Below are positions 55,701-64,000 of a stretch of DNA of 64,000 nt, piece after piece; position 1 is the first letter of the stretch, and each line of letters opens with the position of its first letter. The translations under genes were made by a program, and so were the position numbers. Source of the stretch: Eledone cirrhosa (lineage: Eukaryota). Under the pieces are notes generated by a model. The model saw only the letters and a program-made list of their open reading frames with translations. It was not told the DNA's origin and ran no database searches. The stretch lies in assembly GCA_964016885.1 (NCBI GenBank), contig OZ024741.1, positions 415,958,001 to 416,022,000 of the forward strand, in the 5' to 3' direction.

Positions 55701-57265
55701 GTAATATTAACTGGGGTCTTGGTTATATTAACTGGGGCCTCTGTTATATTAACTGGGGTCTCTGTTATATTAACTGGGGTCTCTGTTATATTAACTGGGG
55801 CCTCTGTTATATTAACTGGGGTCTCGGTTATATTAACTGGGGACGCTGTTATATTAACTGGGGTCTCCTTTATATTAACTGGGGTCTCTGTTATATTAAC
55901 TGGGGCATATATTATATTAACTGGGGTCTCTGTTATATTAATTGGGGTCTCTGTTATATTAACTGGGCTCTGTTATCTTAACTGGGGTCTCTGTTATATT
56001 AACAGGGGTCTCTGTTATATTAACTGGGGTCTCTATTATATTAACTGGGGTCTCTGTTATATTAACTGGGGTCTCTGTTATATTAACTGGGATCTCTGTT
56101 ATATTAACTGGGGCCTCTGTTATATTAACTGGGATCTCTATTATATTAACTGGGGTCTGTTATATTAACTGGGGTCTCTGTTATATTAACTGGGGTCTCT
56201 GTTATATTAACTGGGGTCTGTTATATTAACTGAGATCTCTGTTATATTAACTGGGGTCTGTTATATTAACTGGGGTCTCTGTTATATTAACTGGGGTCTC
56301 TGTTATATTAACTGGGGCCTCTATTATATTAACTGGAGTCTCTGTAATATTAACTGGGGTCTTGGTTATATTAACTGGGGCCTCTGTTATATTAACTGGG
56401 GTCTCTGTTATATTAACTGGGGTCTCTGTTATATTAACTGGGGCCTCTGTTATATTAACTGGGGTCTCGGTTATATTAACTGGGGCCTCTGTTATATTAA
56501 CTGGGGTCTCTGTTATATTAACTGGGGTCTCTGTTGTATTAACTGAGCCATCTATTATATTAACTGGGGTCTCTGTTATATTAATTGGGGTCTCTGTTAT
56601 ATTAACTGGGGTCTGTTATCTTAACTGGGGTCTCTGTTATATTAACTGGGGTCTCTGTTATATTAACTGGGGTCTCTGTTATATTAACTGGGGTCTCTGT
56701 TATATTAACTGGGGTCTCTGTTATATTAACTGGGATCTCTGTTATATTAACTGGGGCCTCTGTTATATTAACTGGGATCTCTGTTATATTAACTGGGGTC
56801 TGTTATATTAACTGGGGTCTCTGTTATATTAACTGGGGTTGTTATATTAACTGGGGTCTGTTATATTAACTGGGGTCTATTATATTAACTGTGGCCTCTG
56901 TTATATGAACTGGGGCCTCTATTATATTAACTGGGGTCTCTGTTATATTAACTAGGGTCTCTGTTATATTAACTGGGGACTCTGTTATATTAACTGGGGT
57001 ATGTTATATTAACTGGGGTCTCTGTTATATTAACTGGGGTCTCTGTTATATTAACTGGGGTCTGTTATATTAACTGAGATCTCTGTTATATTAACTGGGG
57101 TCTGTTATATTAACTGGGGTCTCTGTTATATTGACTGGGGCCTCTATTATATTAACTGGGGTCTCTGTAATATTAACTGGGGTCTTGGTTATATTAACTG
57201 GGGCCTCTGTTATATTAACTGGGGTCTCTGTTATATTATCTTGGGTCTCTGTTATATTAACTGGG
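52790..57265 (+). repeat. Tandem duplication of a 2235-bp block of monomers
   Basis: ORF pairs 53131/55366, 53393/55628, 53484/55719 and 54127/56362 are offset by 2235 bp. The markers AGCCATCTA (54311/56546) and TTATCTTGGG (55001/57236) share the offset. Confidence 0.92.
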
Positions 57266-58454
57266 GCCTCTGTTATATTAACTGGGGTCTCTGTTATATT
57301 AACTGGGGTATGTTATATTAACTGGGGTCTCTGTTATATTAACTGGGGTCTCTATTATATTAACTGGGGTCTCTGTTATATTTACTGGGGTCTCTGTTAT
57401 ATTAACTGGGATCTCTGTCATATTAACTGGGGTCTCTATTATATTAACTGGGGTCTCTGTTATATTAACTGGGGCCTCTGTTATATTAACTGGGGTCTCT
57501 GTTATATTAACTGGGGTATGTTATATTAACTGGGGTCTCTGTTATATTAACTGGGGTCTCTGTTATATTAACTGAGGTCTCTGTTATATTAACTGAGGTC
57601 CCTGTTATATTAACTGGGGTATGTTATATTAACTGGGGTCTCTGTTATATTAACTGGGGTCTCTGTTATATTAACTGGGGCCTCTGTTATATTAACTGGG
57701 GCCTCTGTTATATTAACTGGGGTCTCTGTTATATTAACTGAGGTCTCTGTTATATTAACTGGGTCTCTGTTATATTAACTGGGGTATGTTATATTAACTG
57801 GGGTCTCTGTTATATTAGCTGGGGTCTCTATTATATTAACTGGGGCCTCTGTTATATTAACTGAGGTCTCTGTTATATTAACTGGGGTCTCTGTTATATT
57901 AACTGGGGTATGTTATATTAACTGGGGTATGTTATATTAACTGGGGTCTCTGTTATATTAACTGGGGTCTCTGTTATATTAACTGGGGTCTCTGTTATAT
58001 TAAATGGTGACTCTGTTATATTAACTGGGGTCTCTGTTATATTAACTGGGGCCTCTGTTATATTAACTGGGGCCTCTGTTATATTAACTGGGGCCTCTAT
58101 TATATTAACTGGGGTCTCTGTTATATTAACTGGGGTCTCTGTTATATTAACTGGGGTCTGTTATATTAACTGAGATCTCTGTTATATTAACTGGGGTCTG
58201 TTATATTAACTGGGGTCTCTGTTATATTAACTGGGGTCTCTGTTATATTAACTGGGGCCTCTGTTATATTAACTGGGGTCTCGGTATATTAATTGGGGCC
58301 TCTGTTATATTAACAGGGGTCTCCTTTATATTAACTGGGGTCTCTGTTATATTAACTGGGGCATCTATTATATTAACTGGGGTCTCTGTTATATTAATTG
58401 GGGTCTCTGTTATATTAACTGGGGTCTGTTATCTTAACTGGGGTCTCTGTTATA

Positions 58455-60490
58455 TTAACTGGGATCTCTGTAATATTAACTGGTGTCTCTGTTATATGAA
58501 CTGGGGCCTCTATTATATTAACTGGGGTCTCTGTTATATTAACTGGGGTCTCTGTTATATTAACTGGGGTCTGTTATATTAACTGAGATCTCTGTTATAT
58601 TAACTGGGGTCTGTTATATTAACTGGGGTCTCTGTTATATTAACTGGGGCCTCTATTATATTAACTGGGGTCTCTGTAATATTAACTGGGGTCTGGGTTA
58701 TATTAACTGGGGCCTCTGTAATATTAACTGGGGTCTCTGTTATATTAACTGGGGTCTCTGTTATATTAAGTGGGGTCTCTGTTATATTAACTGGGGCCTC
58801 TGTTATATTAACTGGGGCCTCTGTTATATTAACTGGGGCCTCTATTATATTAACTGGGGTCTCTGTTATATTAACTGGGGTCTCTGTTATATTAACTGGG
58901 GTCTGTTATATTAACTGAGATCTCTGTTATATTAACTGGGGTCTGTTATATTAACTTGGGTCTCTGTTATATTAACTGGGGTCTCTGTTATATTAACTGG
59001 GGCCTCTATTATATTAACTGGGGTCTCTGTAATATTAACTGGGGTCTTGGTTATATTAACTGGGGCCTCTGTTATATTAACTGGGGTCTCCTTTATATTA
59101 ACTGGGGTCTCTGTTATATTAACTGGGGCATATATTATATTAACTGGGGTCTCTGTTATATTAATTGGGGTCTCTGTTATATTAACTGGGCTCTGTTATC
59201 TTAACTGGGGTCTCTGTTATATTAACAGGGGTCTCTGTTATATTAACTGGGGTCTCTATTATATTAACTGGGGTCTCTGTTATATTAACTGGGGTCTCTG
59301 TTATATTAACTGGGATCTCTGTTATATTAACTGGGGCCTCTGTTATATTAACTGGGATCTCTATTATATTAACTGGGGTCTGTTATATTAACTGGGGTCT
59401 CTGTTATATTAACTGGGGTCTCTGTTATATTAACTGGGGTCTGTTATATTAACTGAGATCTCTGTTATATTAACTGGGGTCTGTTATATTAACTGGGGTC
59501 TCTGTTATATTAACTGGGGTCTCTGTTATATTAACTGGGGCCTCTATTATATTAACTGGAGTCTCTGTAATATTAACTGGGGTCTTGGTTATATTAACTG
59601 GGGCCTCTGTTATATTAACTGGGGTCTCTGTTATATTAACTGGGGTCTCTGTTATATTAACTGGGGCCTCTGTTATATTAACTGGGGTCTCGGTTATATT
59701 AACTGGGGCCTCTGTTATATTAACTGGGGTCTCTGTTATATTAACTGGGGTCTCTGTTGTATTAACTGAGCCATCTATTATATAAACTGGGGTCTCTGTT
59801 ATATTAATTGGGTCTCTGTTATATTAACTGGGGTCTGTTATCTTAACTGGGGTCTCTGTTATATTAACTGGGGTCTCTGTTATATTAACTGGGGTCTCTG
59901 TTATATTAACTGGGGTCTCTGTTATATTAACTGGGGTCTCTGTTATATTAACTGGGATCTCTGTTATATTAACTGGGGCCTCTGTTATATTAACTGGGAT
60001 CTCTGTTATATTAACTGGGGTCTGTTATATTAACTGGGGTCTCTGTTATATTAACTGGGGTTGTTATATTAACTGGGGTCTGTTATATTAACTGGGGTCT
60101 ATTATATTAACTGTGGCCTCTGTTATATGAACTGGGGCCTCTATTATATTAACTGGGGTCTCTGTTATATTAACTAGGGTCTCTGTTATATTAACTGGGG
60201 ACTCTGTTATATTAACTGGGGTATGTTATATTAACTGGGGTCTCTGTTATATTAACTGGGGTCTCTGTTATATTAACTGGGGTCTGTTATATTAACTGAG
60301 ATCTCTGTTATATTAACTGGGGTCTGTTATATTAACTGGGGTCTCTGTTATATTAACTGGGGCCTCTATTATATTAACTGGGGTCTCTGTAATATTAACT
60401 GGGGTCTTGGTTATATTAACTGGGGCCTCTGTTATATTAACTGGGGTCTCTGTTATATTATCTTGGGTCTCTGTTATATTAACTGGGGCC
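58455..60490 (+). repeat. Third, dispersed copy of the 2235-bp block carrying a 105-bp (5-monomer) deletion
   Basis: The offset to the second copy is 3328 bp (ORF 55628 vs 58956) and then 3223 bp (ORF 56362 vs 59585; AGCCATCTA 56546 vs 59769). The difference is 105 = 5 x 21. Confidence 0.85.
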
Positions 60491-60859
60491 TCTGTTATAT
60501 TAACTGGGGTCTCTGTTATATTAACTGGGGTCTGTTATATTAAATGGGGTCTCTGTTATATTAACTGGGGCCTCTGTTATATTAACTGGGGTCTCGGTTG
60601 TATTAACTGGGGCCTCTGTAATATTAACTGGGGTCTCTGTTATATTAACTGGGGTCTCTGTTATATTAACTGGGGCATCTATTATATTAACTGGGGTCTC
60701 TGTTATATTAATTGGGGTCACTGTTATCTTAACTGGGGTCTTCTATTATATTAACTGGGGTCTCTGTTATATTAACTGGGGCCTCTGTTATATTAACTGG
60801 GGCCTCTGTTATATTAACTGGGGCCTCTATTATATTAACTGGGGTCTCTGTTATATTAA

Positions 60860-63800
60860 CTGGGGTCTGTTATATTAACTGAGATCTCTGTTATATTAAC
60901 TGGGGTATGTTATATTAACTGGGGTCTCTGTTATATTAACTGGGGTCTCTGTTATATTAACTGGGGTCTCTGTAATATTAACTGGGGTCTTGGTTATATT
61001 AACTGGGGCCTCTGTTATATTAACTGGGGTCTCTGTTATATTAACTGGGGTCTCTGTTATATTAACTGGGGCCTCTGTTATATTAACTGGGGTCTCGGTT
61101 ATATTAACTGGGGCCTCTGTAATATTAACTGGGGTCTCCTTTATATTAACTGGGGTCTCTGTTATATTAACTGGGGCATATATTATATTAACTGGGGTCT
61201 CTGTTATATTAATTGGGGTCTCTGTTATATTAACTGGGGTCTGTTATCTTAACTGGGGTCTCTGTTATATTAACTGGGGTCTCTGTTATATTGACTGGGG
61301 TCTCTGTTATATTAACTGGGATCTCTGTTATATTAACTGGGGCCTCTGTTATATTAACTGGGGTCTCTGTTATATTAACTGGGGTCTCTGTTATATTAAC
61401 TGGGATCTCTGTTATATTAACTGGGGACTCTGTTATATTAACTGGGGTATGTTATATTAACTGGGGTCTCTGTTATATTAACTGGGGTCTCTGTTATATT
61501 AACTGGGGTCTGTTATATTAACTGAGATCTCTGTTATATTAACTGGGGTCTGTTATATTAACTGGGGTCTCTGTTATATTAACTGGGGCCTCTATTATAT
61601 TAACTGGGGTCTCTGTAATATTAACTGGGGTCTTGGTTATATTAACTGGGGCCTCTGTTATATTAACTGGGGTCTCTGTTATATTATCTTGGGTCTCTGT
61701 TATATTAACTGGGGCCTCTGTTATATTAACTGGGGTCTCTGTTATATTAACTGGGGTCTGTTATCTTAACTGGGGTCTCTGTTATATTAACTGGGGTCTC
61801 TGTTATATTAACTGGGGTCTCTGTTATATTAACTGGGGTCTCTGTTATATTAACTGGGATCTCTGTTATATTAACTGGGGCCTCTGTTATATTAACTGGG
61901 ATCTCTATTATATTAACTGGGGTCTGTTATATTAACTGGGGTCTCTGTTATATTAACTGGGGTCTCTGTTATATTAACTGGGGTCTGTTATATTAACTGA
62001 GATCTCTGTTATATTAACTGGGGTCTGTTATATTAACTGGGGTCTCTGTTATATTAACTGGGGTCTCTGTTATATTAACTGGGGCCTCTATTATATTAAC
62101 TGGGGTCTCTGTAATATTAACTGGGGTCTTGGTTGTATTAACTGGGGCCTCTGTTATATTAACTGGGGTCTCTGTTATATTAACTGGGGTCTCTGTTATA
62201 TTAACTGGGGCCTCTGTTATATTAACTGGGGTCTCGGTTATATTAACTGGGGCCTCTGTTATATTAACTGGGGTCTCTGTTATATTAACTGGGGTCTCTG
62301 TTATATTAACTGGGGCATCTATTATATTAACTGGGGTCTCTGTTATATTAACTGGGGTATGTTATATTAACTGGGGTCTCTGTTATATTAACTGGGGTCT
62401 CTGTTATATTAACTGGGGTCTCTGTTATATTAACTGAGGTCCCTGTTATATTAACTGGGGTATGTTATATTAACTGGGGTCTCTGTTATATTAACTGGGG
62501 TCTCTGTTATATTAACTGGGGTCTCTGTTATATTAACTGGGGTCTCTGTTATATTAACTGAGGTCTCTGTTATATTAACTGGGTCTCTGTTATATTAACT
62601 GGGGTATGTTATATTAACTGGGGTCTCTGTTATATTAGCTGGGGTCTCTATTATATTAACTGGGGCCTCTGTTATATTAACTGAGGTCTCTGTTATATTA
62701 ACTGGGGTCTCTGTTATATTAACTGGGGTATGTTATATTAACTGGGGTATGTTATATTAACTGGGGTCTCTGTTATATTAACTGGGGTCTCTGTTATATT
62801 AACTGGGGTCTCTGTTATATTAAATGGTGACTCTGTTATATTAACTGGGGTCTCTGTTATATTAACTGGGGCCTCTGTTATATTAACTGGGGCCTCTGTT
62901 ATATTAACTGGGGCCTCTATTATATTAACTGGGGTCTCTGTTATATTAACTGGGGTCTCTGTTATATTAACTGGGGTCTGTTATATTAACTGGGGTCTCT
63001 GTAATATTAACTGGGGTCTTGGTTATATTAACTGGGGCCTCTGTTATATTAACTGGGGTCTCTGTTATATTAACTGGGGTCTCTGTTATATTAACTGGGG
63101 CCTCTGTTATATTAACTGGGGTCTCGGTATATTAACTGGGGCCTCTGTTATATTAACTGGGATCTCCTTTATATTAACTGGGGTCTCTGCTATATTAACT
63201 GGGGCATCTATTATATTAACTGGGGTCTCTGTTATATTAATTGGGGTCTCTGTTATATTAACTGGGGTCTGTTATCTTAACTGGGGTCTCTGTTATATTA
63301 ACTGGGGTCTCTGTTATATTAACTGGGGTCTCTGTTATATTAAATGGTGACTCTGTTATATTAACTGGGGTCTCTGTTATATTAACTGGGGTCTGTTATA
63401 TTAACTGAGATCTCTATTATATTAACTGGGGTATGTTATATTAACTGGGGTCTCTGTTATATTAACTGGGGTCTCTGTTATATTAACTGGGGTCTCTGTA
63501 ATATTAACTGGGGTCTTGGTTATATTAACTGGGGCCTCTGTTATATTAACTGGGGTCTCTGTTATATTAACTGGGGTCTCTGTTATATTAACTGGGGCCT
63601 CTGTTATATTAACTGGGGTCTCGGTTATATTAACTGGGGCCTCTGTAATATTAACTGGGGTCTCCTTTATATTAACTGGGGTCTCTGTTATATTAACTGG
63701 GGCATATATTATATTAACTGGGGTCTCTGTTATATTAATTGGGGTCTCTGTTATATTAACTGGGGTCTGTTATCTTAACTGGGGTCTCTGTTATATTAAC

Positions 63801-64000
63801 TGGGGTCTCTGTTATATTGACTGGGGTCTCTGTTATATTAACTGGGATCTCTGTTATATTAACTGGGGCCTCTGTTATATTAACTGGGGTCTCTGTTATA
63901 TTAACTGGGGTCTCTGTTATATTAACTGGGATCTCTGTTATATTAACTGGGGACTCTGTTATATTAACTGGGGTATGTTATATTAACTGGGGTCTCTGTT
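60860..64000 (+). repeat. Repeated ~600-bp monomer string at an offset of 2526 bp (60.86-61.46 kb recurring from ~63.39 kb to the window end)
   Basis: ORFs 60990..61460 and 63516..63986 have identical translations and the same order of rare variants (GTCTCCTTTA, GGCATATATTA, TTGACTGG, GGGACTCTG). Confidence 0.85.

Larger units (their letters stand above)
1..64000 (+). repeat. Tandem satellite/minisatellite array, 21-bp monomer (consensus TTATATTAACTGGGGTCTCTG), ~3,000-3,100 head-to-tail copies, running off both window ends
   Basis: Seen directly: TTAACTGGGG or a close variant recurs every 17-22 bp from base 1 to base 64000. Common variants are GGGGCCTCTG, GGGGCCTCTA, GGGGTCTCTA, GAGGTCTCTG, 19-bp GGGGTCTG and GGGGTATG, 20-bp GGG forms, and a 17-bp GGGGTCTGTTATTAAC form. 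Copy number is estimated from length divided by ~20.7 bp. Confidence 0.99.

Noticed and set aside
1886-60721. Minus-strand ORFs encoding (NITETPV)n
   Set aside because: They are short, begin only where a rare CAT variant supplies ATG, and end at the next frameshifting monomer. There is no signal peptide or unique flanking sequence.
295-63986. Numerous + strand ORFs encoding (SVILTGV)n or (CYINWGL)n, up to 227 aa
   Set aside because: They follow from a 21-bp unit with two stop-free + frames. They switch frame or end at 17/19/20-bp monomers, and the common GAGG variant puts TGA in the CYINWGL frame. Starts are sporadic point variants and there is no unique domain, so they are not credible CDSs.
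1-64000. CRISPR array (constant TTATATTAAC part plus variable part)
   Set aside because: The variable part is only about 7-11 bp and consists of point variants of one sequence, not unique 25-45 bp spacers. No leader or cas genes are present.
1-64000. Telomerase-synthesised telomere tract
   Set aside because: Rare variants are copied in kb-scale blocks, which indicates recombination or replication-based duplication and not templated addition. No canonical short telomere motif or terminus is visible. Kept only as a low-weight hypothesis.
1-64000. TATA-box or sigma70 -10-like elements (TATATTAA, occasional TATAAT/TATAAA)
   Set aside because: They are part of the monomer and repeat thousands of times, with no associated gene or promoter context to support a regulatory call.
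1-64000. Pure sequencing or assembly artefact, or a synthetic concatemer
   Set aside because: Variants form nested, ordered, position-dependent patterns with private differences between duplicates, which random error or a synthetic concatemer would not produce. Individual block copy numbers still need read support.
1-64000. Hidden insertion, inversion or transposon fragment
   Set aside because: On reading through I saw no reverse-complement monomer (CCCCAGTTAA) on the + strand and no non-repeat stretch longer than a few bases. A very short one could have been missed by eye.

Overview
The whole 64 kb window is one uninterrupted head-to-tail tandem satellite array. The monomer consensus is 21 bp, TTATATTAACTGGGGTCTCTG (8/21 G+C, 14/21 G+T on the + strand), present in roughly 3,000-3,100 copies in one orientation. 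Reading by eye I saw no unique insertion, inversion or array end. I cannot support any protein-coding gene, RNA gene, CRISPR array or mobile element. The supplied ORFs (SVILTGV, CYINWGL and NITETPV heptads) arise because the 21-bp unit is divisible by 3, and they are broken repeatedly by 17-, 19- and 20-bp monomers. The structure lies in the monomer variants. A small set of them builds short cassettes (59 bp, 61 bp, ~185 bp), these sit inside kb-scale near-identical tandem duplications (offsets about 2503, 3003-3836, 1892, 2962, 2854, 2235 and 2526 bp), and the set of variants changes from left to right along the array. Functional ideas (MYB-site array, G4/i-motif, nucleosome phasing, telomere-like origin) are inferences only. 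The source organism cannot be determined from the sequence, although an array of this size suggests a eukaryote. Coordinates and offsets were read manually from diagnostic variants and the ORF track, so block boundaries are approximate.
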